DNA of 64,000 nucleotides, taken from assembly GCA_963710455.1 (NCBI GenBank), contig CAVQAG010000005.1:24020-88019 (forward strand), given 5' to 3'. Made by a program: the position numbers and the translations under genes. The notes under the pieces are model-generated. The model ran no database searches and had not been told where the DNA came from. It worked only from the letters and a program-made list of their open reading frames with translations. The stretch is from an uncultured delta proteobacterium (lineage in GTDB: Bacteria > Desulfobacterota > Binatia > Binatales > Binataceae). Of this stretch, positions 33,152 through 41,468 are shown piece after piece. The first letter of the stretch is position 1, and the number at the start of each line of letters is the position of its first letter.

Positions 33152-34125
33152 GGAAAGCCCTGGGCAGCTTTATTCACGCGCTGTTCGAGGTGGGTCGCCT
33201 GCGGATCGCCGGCGCGATCGGCTTGATGTTGCTCTTTTCGCTCAGCGAGGGTATGGGGGTCGCACTGCTGCTGCCCATTCTGCAGATCTCCGGCTTCAAT
33301 CTCGGTGGGCAGGGTCCGGTCGGCCGGTATGCCGACGCCATCGCCGCCGCCTTCGAAGCCGTCGGCCTGCATCCGAGCCTGCTGCTGCTACTCATGGTAT
33401 TCGCGGGGCTGGTCGGGACGCGGGCGCTGCTGGGGCGCTGGCAGTCAGTCGCGATGTTCTCGGTGCAACAGAATTTCGGCGCCCGGCTGCGCGATCGCCT
33501 GTACCACGCGATCTCCAACGCCAGCTGGCTTGCGCTTTCGCGGATGCGCTCCTCCGACCTGACTCATGCGCTGACCTCCGAGATCGATCGGGTCGAAGTC
33601 GCCGCCTTCGAGGCGATGATTCTCGCCTCCACCGCGCTGCTGTTCCTGCTCTACCTCGGGATCGCGCTGGCTGTCTCACCCTCAATGACAGCGCTCGCGT
33701 TCGGTTGTGGAATCGTCCTGGTCGCGATGCTGCGCGGGCGCACCGCGCTTTTGCGCGGCTCCGGCGCCGAGCTCTCCGAGCGGATCAAGGCACTCTATGC
33801 CGCAACGGTCGAGCATCTGCAGAGCCTCAAAGCGGCCAAGATGTATGGGGTGCAGCAGCGTAATGCCGACGCCTACGCGGCGCTCAGCCACGAGGTCGCC
33901 CGCGTTAACGTCAATATTGAGCGCCAGCAGGCCGCCACCAATTCGCTGTTCGAGATCGGTTCGGTGATCATTCTGGCCCTCGTGCTTTACGTTTCGATCC
34001 GCGTGCTGGGGGTTTCTCCGATAGCCGTGCTGCTGCTGCTCGCGATGTTTGCGCGAGTGATGCCGCGGGTGGATGACGTGCCATCAACTGTACCAGGAAT
34101 GCCTGCACGCGTTGCCCGCGTTTGA
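33148..34125 (+). CDS. ABC exporter, transmembrane-domain portion (lasso D), separated from the ATPase portion by a frameshift
   Basis: GTG 33148 overlaps the upstream TGA (GTGA). It has six hydrophobic segments (IAGAIGLMLLFSLSEGMGVALLLPIL and others). The frame ends at 34125, whereas homology continues in the frame of ORF 34073. Confidence 0.8.
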   Translation: MRKALGSFIHALFEVGRLRIAGAIGLMLLFSLSEGMGVALLLPILQISGFNLGGQGPVGRYADAIAAAFEAVGLHPSLLLLLMVFAGLVGTRALLGRWQSVAMFSVQQNFGARLRDRLYHAISNASWLALSRMRSSDLTHALTSEIDRVEVAAFEAMILASTALLFLLYLGIALAVSPSMTALAFGCGIVLVAMLRGRTALLRGSGAELSERIKALYAATVEHLQSLKAAKMYGVQQRNADAYAALSHEVARVNVNIERQQAATNSLFEIGSVIILALVLYVSIRVLGVSPIAVLLLLAMFARVMPRVDDVPSTVPGMPARVARV

Positions 34126-35065
34126 AAATGTAATGGCCCTGGCCGCGCGCTGCACGTCGGCGGCCGAGCCGGCGAATGCTCCCGTGCAGACGCTCGAATT
34201 TGGAAACTCGCTCCGCATGGAATCCGTCTCGTTCTCCTATCAGCGCGCGAACGGGGCGGCGCCTGGGAAACAGCCCGGCCGATCCATCGCTGACCGGTCG
34301 CCGTCTGATCACTTTTGGGACCTCCCGCAACGGTCGCCAGCGGTGCACGACCTCGACCTCACCGTTGCGGTGGGCGAGGTGGTGGCGCTGGTCGGGCCGT
34401 CGGGCGCCGGCAAAAGCACGATTGCGGATTTGATGACCGGCTTGCTCGCCCCCGATTCCGGGCGGATCACGATCGACGGGGTCGCGTTGGACGAGACGCA
34501 CGCGCGGGCCTGGCGCGAGCAGATCGGGTACGTCTCCCAGGACACGTACCTGTTCCACGATTCGGTGCGCGCGAACCTGTTGTGGACCCGGCCGGGCGCG
34601 AGCGAGGCCGAGGTGCACCAGGCGCTCGCGATGGCCGCGGCAGAGCAATTCGTCGACGCGCTGCCGGCCGGGCTCGACACCGTGATTGGCGATCGCGGGG
34701 CGACGATTTCGCACGGCGAACGTCAGCGCATCGCGCTCGCGCGCGCGTTGCTGCGCCGTCCACGCCTGCTAATTCTGGACGAGGCGACCAACAGCCTCGA
34801 CGCGCACAACGAGCAGCGGATTCTCGAAGCGATCGAACGGCTGCGGGGCGATCTCACGATCGTGACTATTGCGCATCGGATTGCCGCGGTACGACGAGCC
34901 GATCACATCTACGTCATCGAGGGCGGCACGATCATGGAATCGGGAACCTGGGATGAGCTGTGCGCGCGGGAGCACGGACGCTTTCGCGCGCTATGCGAGA
35001 GCCAGGGAATCGCGCCCGCGCCGACCGCTCCGGCGCGGCAGGCGGCATCTCGCCGGCTCGCTTAG
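34073..35065 (+). CDS. ABC exporter, ATP-binding portion (lasso D)
   Basis: Walker A is LVGPSGAGKST. The Q-loop is YVSQD. The signature is ISHGERQR (a variant of LSGGQ). Walker B is LLILDEAT. The H-loop is TIAHR. The preceding QLYQECLHALPAFENV is the end of the TMD. Confidence 0.9.
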   Translation: MTCHQLYQECLHALPAFENVMALAARCTSAAEPANAPVQTLEFGNSLRMESVSFSYQRANGAAPGKQPGRSIADRSPSDHFWDLPQRSPAVHDLDLTVAVGEVVALVGPSGAGKSTIADLMTGLLAPDSGRITIDGVALDETHARAWREQIGYVSQDTYLFHDSVRANLLWTRPGASEAEVHQALAMAAAEQFVDALPAGLDTVIGDRGATISHGERQRIALARALLRRPRLLILDEATNSLDAHNEQRILEAIERLRGDLTIVTIAHRIAAVRRADHIYVIEGGTIMESGTWDELCAREHGRFRALCESQGIAPAPTAPARQAASRRLA

Positions 35066-35090
35066 CGCGCCGCGCTTTCTGCGTACGAAC

Positions 35091-35708
35091 TCATAACGAG
35101 TGCATGAATGCGGTCACGTGGGCGATCGCTTGCGCGATATTGTCCGCTTCGGTGCGGCCCGAGCGGACGCGTGGCCTGAACGAATGGTCGCCGTCTTCCA
35201 GCCACTCGATCCGGATCGCGCGCGCGAGTTTGTATTTGCTGACTTCCTCGGGTTTGCCAAAGGGATCGCGAGTGCCCTGCACGATCAATGCGGGCGTGCG
35301 CAGTTGCTCGAGATGGCGGGTCCGCGTTTGCTCGGGCTTGCCGGGGGGATGAAAGGGATAGCCGAGGCAAACGAGGCCGCGCACGCCGGCTTCATCGGCG
35401 ATCATGCTCGCGATACGGCCGCCGAGCGACTTGCCGCCGATCACCAGCCGCCGAGCGTCGCCGAGCTCAGCTATCGTGTCGCGCCAGGATTGCATCAGCA
35501 CCGTTCCCGGGTCGGGTGCGCCGCCCCTGCCAGTTTCGCGCCGCCGCCGCATGTAGGGGAATTCGAATCGCGCGACCCGCAGGCCAGCTCGCGCGACTCC
35601 TTCAGCGATCGTCTCCATGAACGGCGAATCCATCGGGCCTCCCGCGCCGTGTGCGAGAACCAAAGTGGTCGCCGCAGTCTTTGGTCCGTTGAACTGGAAC
35701 TCGGCCAT
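35091..35708 (-). CDS. alpha/beta hydrolase (dienelactone-hydrolase/KANL3-like)
   Basis: LVLAHGAGGPMDSPFM, the nucleophile elbow GGKSLGG, GYPFHPPGKP and LIVQGTRDPFG. The start is taken at MAEFQF (35708). The longer track ORF runs into the tRNA. Confidence 0.8.
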   Translation of the reverse strand: MAEFQFNGPKTAATTLVLAHGAGGPMDSPFMETIAEGVARAGLRVARFEFPYMRRRRETGRGGAPDPGTVLMQSWRDTIAELGDARRLVIGGKSLGGRIASMIADEAGVRGLVCLGYPFHPPGKPEQTRTRHLEQLRTPALIVQGTRDPFGKPEEVSKYKLARAIRIEWLEDGDHSFRPRVRSGRTEADNIAQAIAHVTAFMHSL

Positions 35709-35750
35709 GTTCGTCCGTGAATACAAGGCACGCGACAGATCTTCGGAGGT

Positions 35751-35831
35751 TGCGAGAGGGGGGACTTGAACCCCCACGCCTTGCGGCACCGGATCCTAAG
35801 TCCGGCGCGTCTGCCGTTCCGCCACTCTCGC
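35751..35831 (-). tRNA. tRNA-Leu (anticodon TAG)
   Basis: The reverse complement is GCGAGAGTGGCGGAACGGCAGACGCGCCGGACTTAGGATCCGGTGCCGCAAGGCGTGGGGGTTCAAGTCCCCCCTCTCGCA. It has a perfect 7-bp acceptor stem, a CTTAGGA anticodon loop and a long variable arm. CCA is not encoded. Confidence 0.9.
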
Positions 35832-36052
35832 GCAATTCCGCATTTCTCAGGACTGACGGCCATCAATATAGGAAATTCAGCAGTCGATTGGCAGCGTATG
35901 TAAAAACGCGCCGGCGGCACCCCAGTCGCAGACGACTGGAAGGAATGGTAGGCTTGTCCGGATCGAGCTTAGGCCAGTACCTGACAAAAAGGGGACCAAA
36001 AGTTTAAGTGCGTAAACAGATCATAAATAGTGTGCATGACGCGACTCCGACG

Positions 36053-37138
36053 ATGACAGTGCGGCCCCGCGGCTGTATCTTTTTAAGCGCGGCGCTGATC
36101 GCATCCACCACGGCGCTGGTGGCCGTTGCGCTCGCGCTCACGAACCCCGCGCGCGCCGCGGCGGCAACGGGCTCCGATCCAGTGCTCGCGCAGATCGGCA
36201 GCCATAAAATCACCCAGCAGGAAGTCGATTCGAAGATAAAGGTCCAGCTGTACGACGCACGCAAGGAAGCGCTGGACCAGATGGTCGACGATTACCTGCT
36301 CCAGCGGGCCGCCAAAAAAGAAAACCTCAGCGTCAACGACTACGTCAAGCGCGAGGTCAACGACAAGGCCGCCGCCGAGATCAATGACGCGACGGCCAAG
36401 AAGTTTTACGACGAAAACAAGGACAAGATTCCGGCGCTCAAGACCGCCGGCTCGTACGACAAGATCAAGGACCGCTTGATCTCCGCGCTGCGCCAGCGCG
36501 ACGCTCAGGAACAGCACGAGCAACTGATGGCCCGGCTGCGCAAGGACGGGGACGCCAAGATTCTGCTCGAGCCGCCGCGCCTCAATGTGGACCTAAGCGG
36601 CGCCGCCGGCCATCCCACGCTCGGTCCGAAAAACGCGCCGGTCACGGTAATCGAATTCGGCGACTTTCAATGCCCGTTCTGCAAGCGCTCCGAGGACGCG
36701 GTGAAAGCGATCCATGAGAAGTATGGCGATCGGATCAGGCTGGTGTTCATGGATTTTCCGTTGAGCTTCCATCCGCATGCGATGCCGGCCGCCAACGCGG
36801 CACGCTGCGCCAACGCGCAAGGCAAGTTCTGGCAATATCATGACGCGCTGTTTGCCGATCAGTCCAAGCTCGAGCCCGCCGATCTCAAGGCCACCGCCAA
36901 GAAGCTCGGGCTCGACACGGCCAAGTTCGACGCCTGCTTCGACAAGAACCAGTATGGCGACGCGATCGAGAAAGACCTGGAAGAGGGGCACAAACTCAAT
37001 GTGACCGGTACACCGACTTTCTTTATCGACGGGCGCGAAATCGTAGGCGCGCAACCTACGGACAACTTCGTCAGCATCATCGATCAGGAACTGGCTAAGA
37101 GCGGCGATCACAACAAGAAGACCGCGTCCGCTGACTAG
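36053..37138 (+). CDS. DsbA-family thiol:disulfide oxidoreductase with an N-terminal chaperone-like domain
   Basis: It has a signal/anchor sequence (IFLSAALIASTTALVAVALAL) and the thioredoxin motif EFGDFQCPFCKR. The C-terminal pattern GTPTFFIDGREIVGAQP follows. The ORF track start is GTG 36008. Confidence 0.85.
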   Translation: MTVRPRGCIFLSAALIASTTALVAVALALTNPARAAAATGSDPVLAQIGSHKITQQEVDSKIKVQLYDARKEALDQMVDDYLLQRAAKKENLSVNDYVKREVNDKAAAEINDATAKKFYDENKDKIPALKTAGSYDKIKDRLISALRQRDAQEQHEQLMARLRKDGDAKILLEPPRLNVDLSGAAGHPTLGPKNAPVTVIEFGDFQCPFCKRSEDAVKAIHEKYGDRIRLVFMDFPLSFHPHAMPAANAARCANAQGKFWQYHDALFADQSKLEPADLKATAKKLGLDTAKFDACFDKNQYGDAIEKDLEEGHKLNVTGTPTFFIDGREIVGAQPTDNFVSIIDQELAKSGDHNKKTASAD

Positions 37139-37164
37139 CGGAAATTCCCTGGAGTGAAATCTGG

Positions 37165-37204
37165 AACCGCCGGCCGCGACACGCGGCCGGCGGTTGTTTA
37201 TTTT
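37165..37204 (+). terminator. rho-independent terminator
   Basis: AACCGCCGGCCGCG-aca-CGCGGCCGGCGGTT forms a 14-bp perfect stem followed by GTTTATTTT. Confidence 0.85.
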
Positions 37205-37233
37205 GGCACAGGGCCTCCTTCGGTCATCCTGAG

Positions 37234-38699
37234 AGTTTGTGAATATTTGGATTTTTGCGATGGCATCGGCGCGTTGCGAGCGACAGTCACTGATTGGACG
37301 AGGTCAGGTTGTTTAGGCAAAGAGCGCCTGAGGAAGCTGGCGATAGTGGAAGCCTCACAACCAGCCCATTTTGATCGAGCGCATCAGGTTGTAAACCAGC
37401 GCCGACCAGGTCGCGACGATCAGCACCTTGCTGATGCCGCGGACCAGCAAGCGGTCGAGGCCGCGCCAGGTTTTGAGATCGGCGTTGACGGTTTCGGCGG
37501 TGGCGGCCCGCTCCAGGTAGATGCGCTGGCCCTGCGGCGAGCCCATGCGTTTTCGATACTCGGCGATCGCCGCACTGTCGCGGGGCTGCGGGGTGAGCGG
37601 ATCGATGTGATAGGTGCGGTTCTCGCGCGGCGGCACGAACACCTCCACCCCGCGTGCCGCGGCGCGCTCGACCGCGGCAAAGTTCATATAGCCGCCGTCG
37701 GCGAGATGCTGCCTGGGGAGCGCGCCGGTCCGCCGCTCGATCTCATCGAGCATCGGCGCCAACTGCTGGCTGTCGGTCCCAGAGTTGCTCGCCTCGACGC
37801 CCACGATGATCCGGCTTTCGGTGTCAGTAGCGAACTGCAGATTGTAAGCGGGACGGAATCCGCCATCGGCCATCTTCATCACCCGCGCCTCGGGATCAGT
37901 GGTCGAGATGCGGGTTTCAGTTTTGCGCTGCGGATGGTTTTTGGCCTCGGCCTTGTGCGCGCCGAGTTCGCCCAGCCGCGCCACCGCCCGCTGGCAACGC
38001 TCCTCATACTCGCGCGCGGCGCGCAGTTCGGCCGCGCGCTGGCGCGCGCTGCCCTGGGTCGGATCCTGCGCGGCCTCCGCGTCGAGCCGCTCCAGATGCG
38101 CGCGCGCCGCACGCACGCAGGCCTTGAGCCGGGCCTTGCGCCGAAACGACGCCGCCCCCGCGCTCGCCCGCACCCGGGTCCCATCCTGCGCCACCCGGTA
38201 AAGCGTGATCAGATGCTGGTCCAGCAGCAGGCCCAGCACCTGGCTGAACAACTCGTCCAGCGCTGCGCCATGTCGGCTGCGAAAGTCGCTCAGCGTATGA
38301 TAGTTGATGCTCACCCCGGCGCAGATCCAGCGATAGGCCGCGTGCTCGGCGCTGAGCCGCGCGATCTCGCGCGCACTGTTCACGCCTTCGCTCAACCCAT
38401 ACAGCCACAGCGCCAGCAGCATCCGCGGGTCAGTCGCATCGCGTCCCGGGCCGTTCTCGCGCGCCTTGATCGGCGCACAGAACCGGCTCAGGTCGAGCCC
38501 TTCCAGTACCCGCCAAATCGCGCGCACCGGATGCTCGGCACCGGCCAGCTTCTCGTAATCCACGGTTTGCAATATCAACTGCTTACGATCGGGTTCCCGC
38601 AGCCGCACCTCTTCGCCCATCACCTCACCTCCGCCTCTCCACCATCATCCACTTCCCATCCCTCAAAGCGATCCCTGTCCGCAAATAAATTCACAAACT
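37234..38699 (-). mobile_element. IS1182-like insertion sequence (about 1.47 kb) with terminal inverted repeats and a 5-bp target duplication
   Basis: The IR AGTTTGTGAAT lies at 37234-37244, and its reverse complement ATTCACAAACT lies at 38689-38699. The direct repeat CTGAG lies at 37229-37233 and 38700-38704. A single intact transposase ORF lies inside. Confidence 0.8.
37355..38623 (-). CDS. IS1182/IS5-type DDE transposase
   Basis: REPDRKQLILQTVDYEKL...HPVRAIWRVLEGLDLS...GRDATDPRMLLALWLYGLSEGVNSAREIARL...YRWICAGVSINYHTLSDFR...DGTRVRASA...HLADGGY...LYNLMR. The 560-aa + strand ORF 37154-38836 is its antisense shadow. Confidence 0.85.
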   Translation of the reverse strand: MMGEEVRLREPDRKQLILQTVDYEKLAGAEHPVRAIWRVLEGLDLSRFCAPIKARENGPGRDATDPRMLLALWLYGLSEGVNSAREIARLSAEHAAYRWICAGVSINYHTLSDFRSRHGAALDELFSQVLGLLLDQHLITLYRVAQDGTRVRASAGAASFRRKARLKACVRAARAHLERLDAEAAQDPTQGSARQRAAELRAAREYEERCQRAVARLGELGAHKAEAKNHPQRKTETRISTTDPEARVMKMADGGFRPAYNLQFATDTESRIIVGVEASNSGTDSQQLAPMLDEIERRTGALPRQHLADGGYMNFAAVERAAARGVEVFVPPRENRTYHIDPLTPQPRDSAAIAEYRKRMGSPQGQRIYLERAATAETVNADLKTWRGLDRLLVRGISKVLIVATWSALVYNLMRSIKMGWL

Positions 38700-38737
38700 C
38701 TGAGCGAAGGCTGCCGGAGTCGAAGGACCTCGCGCGG
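38700..38737 (+). repeat. REP-like element copy A (right part; the left part 37223-37233 is separated by the IS)
   Basis: With the IS removed, the sequence reads GTCATCCTGAGCGAAGGCTGCCGGAGTCGAAGGACCTCGCGCGG. Confidence 0.7.
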
Positions 38738-38847
38738 TCCTGCGCGCGTAATCGACGACTTCCGGATTTTAACGATTATTCAGATCGGCCCATGCTGCTC
38801 TCGGATCGTCGGTTGGCCTGCGATCATCGCGTTTGACGCGCGGGAGA

Positions 38848-38900
38848 CCGCGCGAGATCCTTCGCCTGCGCTCGGAGACTCGCTTCGCTTAGGATGACAG
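38848..38900 (-). repeat. REP-like element copy B (inverted relative to copy A)
   Basis: The reverse complement reads GTCATCCTAAGCGAAGCGAGTCTCCGAGCGCAGGCGAAGGATCTCGCGCGG. It shares both termini with copy A. Confidence 0.7.
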
Positions 38901-39031
38901 AAGAAGCCTCCGCGGCCTTGCCTGCCGGCTCCTTCTGAATAAATTAAACCAAATCCAAAGCCAAAGCGTAAAGCGCAAGAAGGATAGCCAGCGCGATGCG
39001 CTAGTTAAATTACTCAGCACCGCCGGATTAG

Positions 39032-40342
39032 TCAGTACGGATAGAACACGAAGAACAGCGTCGACAGGATGTTCAACACCCAAAGCCCCGGGCGGATCTC
39101 CCGACCGCGGCCGGCCGCGACCTTGAACCACGGATACAGCACGAAACCGGCCGTGATGCCGGCCCCGATATTGTAGGTGAAACTCATCAGCGCGATTATC
39201 GCAAACGCCGGCAGCAGTTCGGTGTAATCGTCGAAGTCTATTTTTCTGATTGGCGCAATCATCATCGCGCCCACTACCACCAGCGCCGGGCCATAAGCCT
39301 GCGCTGGAATCGCCGTTACCGTCGGCGCAAAGAACAAGGACACGCCGAACAGCATCGCTGTCACCACCGCGGTCATCCCCGTGCGTCCGCCGACGCTCAC
39401 GCCGGCGGCGGATTCGATGTACGCCCCAGCGGTGGTCGTGCCCACGAGGGCGGCAAACGTGGTCGCGAGCGCGTCGGCCATCATCGGCCGCTCGATTTGT
39501 GGCAAATGACCCTGCTCGTCGAGCAGGCCGGCGCGCTCCGAAACCCCGACCAGCGTACCCATCGTATCGACCAGCGCCATCACGAAGATCGTCAGCAGCA
39601 CGCCGAAAAAACCCCATCCCAATGCCGCGCTCAAATCAAGCTTGAAAAGAATTGGCGCGGGACTGGGCGGCGCGCTTACCCATCGGGGCGGCAAGCTGGC
39701 GACGCCGAGCGCGAACGCCGCGGCCGAGGCCAGCAGGATGCCAATCAGGATCGCGCCTGGGACGCGCCACAGCGTAAGCATCGCGATCGCTAAGAAACCG
39801 AAGATCGCGACCATCGCCGGCGCCGAGTTGAGCGCGCCGAGCCTGACCGGTGCGCCGGCTACGCCCAGCGTCACCAGGCCCGCCTCGTTGAGCCCGATGA
39901 AAGCGAGGAACAGCCCGATCCCGGCAGCGAAGCTGAAGCGCAGCCCTGGCGGCACCGACTCGACTATCCATTGCCGAATGCGCGCAACCGTCAGCAGCGT
40001 GAATAACAAGCCCGCGACGAAAACCGCGCCCAGCGCCGCCTGCCAGCGAAAACCCAGCACGCGCACCACCGTGTACGCGATGAAGGCGTTTTCTCCCATG
40101 TAGGGCGCGATCGCGAACGGACGGTTGGCGTACAGCCCCATCACCAGCGTGCCGAATATCGCGGTCATAACGGTCGCGACCATCGAGGGCCCCTCCGGGA
40201 TGCCGGCCGCTTTCAAGATCGCCGGGTTGACCGCGACAATGTAGGCCATGGTGACAAAAGTGGTGATTCCCGCCAGCACTTCGCGGCGCAGGTTGGTACC
40301 GGCTGCCTCGAAACCGAAGAACGCGGCGAGTTTTTGCTCCAT
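39032..40342 (-). CDS. NCS2-family purine (adenine/guanine/hypoxanthine) permease, AzgA-like
   Basis: FFGFEAAGTNLRREVLAGITTFVTMAYIVAVNPAIL...GTLVMGLYANRPFAIAPYMGENAFIAY. The start is taken at MEQKLAAFF (40342). Confidence 0.9.
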   Translation of the reverse strand: MEQKLAAFFGFEAAGTNLRREVLAGITTFVTMAYIVAVNPAILKAAGIPEGPSMVATVMTAIFGTLVMGLYANRPFAIAPYMGENAFIAYTVVRVLGFRWQAALGAVFVAGLLFTLLTVARIRQWIVESVPPGLRFSFAAGIGLFLAFIGLNEAGLVTLGVAGAPVRLGALNSAPAMVAIFGFLAIAMLTLWRVPGAILIGILLASAAAFALGVASLPPRWVSAPPSPAPILFKLDLSAALGWGFFGVLLTIFVMALVDTMGTLVGVSERAGLLDEQGHLPQIERPMMADALATTFAALVGTTTAGAYIESAAGVSVGGRTGMTAVVTAMLFGVSLFFAPTVTAIPAQAYGPALVVVGAMMIAPIRKIDFDDYTELLPAFAIIALMSFTYNIGAGITAGFVLYPWFKVAAGRGREIRPGLWVLNILSTLFFVFYPY

Positions 40343-40488
40343 CAATGGCGCTCCTTCCATCGCGCGCTGCGCTGGGATGCGTGGCCGCGCGCCCAGCGTA
40401 TATCCCGCAAAGCCGGGTTCAATCAACGCTGGCAGCGCGGCGCGGATGGTGCGAGAATCGCGCCGGAGAAATCTCGGGAGCAATATCG

Positions 40489-41322
40489 ATGGAGACTCCG
40501 AAGCCGACATCGGCGCCGCCGCGCGCCCCTCGCCGCTCACAGAAAAAGGCGCCGCGCACGCTTTGCGTCGATATCGGCGGCACCGGCATCAAAGCCGTGC
40601 TGCTCGACGAGCGCGGCCGCCCGCTTACCGATCGCGCGCGCGTCCCGACCCCGAAGGGCGCGACACCGCACCAGGTAATCGCGATCATTCGCAAGCTGGC
40701 GGCCGGCGAGGGCGGTTTCGATCGCGTCTCGGTGGGATTTCCAGGGGTGACCAAGAATGGCGTCATCTATACCGCGCCCAATTTGGGCAAGGGTTGGAAC
40801 AATTTTGCGCTCGAGCAGAAGCTGCTGCGCGTGCTGAAACGCCCGGTGCGGATCGCCAACGACGCCGACGTGCAAGGTCTCGGCAGCATCGCCGGTCACG
40901 GTATCGAATTGGTTATCACGCTCGGCACCGGCGTGGGCTCGGTGGTTTTCGTCGACGGCACTCGCATCCATCTTGAGCTCGGACATCATCCGTTTCATAA
41001 GGGCAAGACCTACGAGGATGAGCTGGGCCATCAAATGCTGCTCAAGAAGGGCAAGAAGTGGTGGAACAAGCGGTTGCGCGAGGCAATCGAGGATCTGAAA
41101 ATCACATTCAACTATGACCAGCTTTATATCGGCGGTGGTGACAGCAAGTTCATTCGCTTCGAGCCGCCGGAGAACGTGAAGATCGTGAGCAACGTGGAGG
41201 GGCTGCTTGGCGGAATCAAGCTCTGGCAGGACCTAGACGCGAAAGCGGCTCTGGGAGCGGGCGTGGAAAAGCCGCGTCGCGTTACGCGCCGGCGCAAGCG
41301 GCGGGTCGCGCAGCAACCTTAG
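40489..41322 (+). CDS. ppgK: ROK-family polyphosphate glucokinase
   Basis: LCVDIGGTGIKAVLLDERG...VGFPGVTKNGVIYTAPNLG.GW....L.....RPVRIANDADVQG...ITLGTGVGS...LELGHHPF. The start is taken at METPKP (40489). Confidence 0.8.
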   Translation: METPKPTSAPPRAPRRSQKKAPRTLCVDIGGTGIKAVLLDERGRPLTDRARVPTPKGATPHQVIAIIRKLAAGEGGFDRVSVGFPGVTKNGVIYTAPNLGKGWNNFALEQKLLRVLKRPVRIANDADVQGLGSIAGHGIELVITLGTGVGSVVFVDGTRIHLELGHHPFHKGKTYEDELGHQMLLKKGKKWWNKRLREAIEDLKITFNYDQLYIGGGDSKFIRFEPPENVKIVSNVEGLLGGIKLWQDLDAKAALGAGVEKPRRVTRRRKRRVAQQP

Positions 41323-41468
41323 CTCTGAAACCGCCCGCGTTCGCCGGCGCCGTGCAACCATCCGATGCGGCTTCCCATCGGCGGCGCATCGGCGATAGAC
41401 TCGCGCTAAAATCAGGCCGATCCGGCGCAAAGTTTGAACATCGGTAATAGTCCAGGAGAGAAAGACCA

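Larger units (their letters stand above)
24290..35065 (+). other. lasso-peptide biosynthetic gene cluster (B1-B1'-membrane protein-[relic]-B2-C-A-kinase-nucleotidyltransferase-ABC exporter)
   Basis: All hallmark lasso genes are co-directional, with short or overlapping junctions (TAG/GTG at 31823-31828, GTGA at 33148-33151). See the individual features. Confidence 0.9.

Noticed and set aside
37154-38836. 560-aa plus-strand ORF spanning the IS
   Set aside because: It is antisense to the DDE transposase, crosses both IS inverted repeats and the terminator, and has Arg/Ala/Gly-rich composition.
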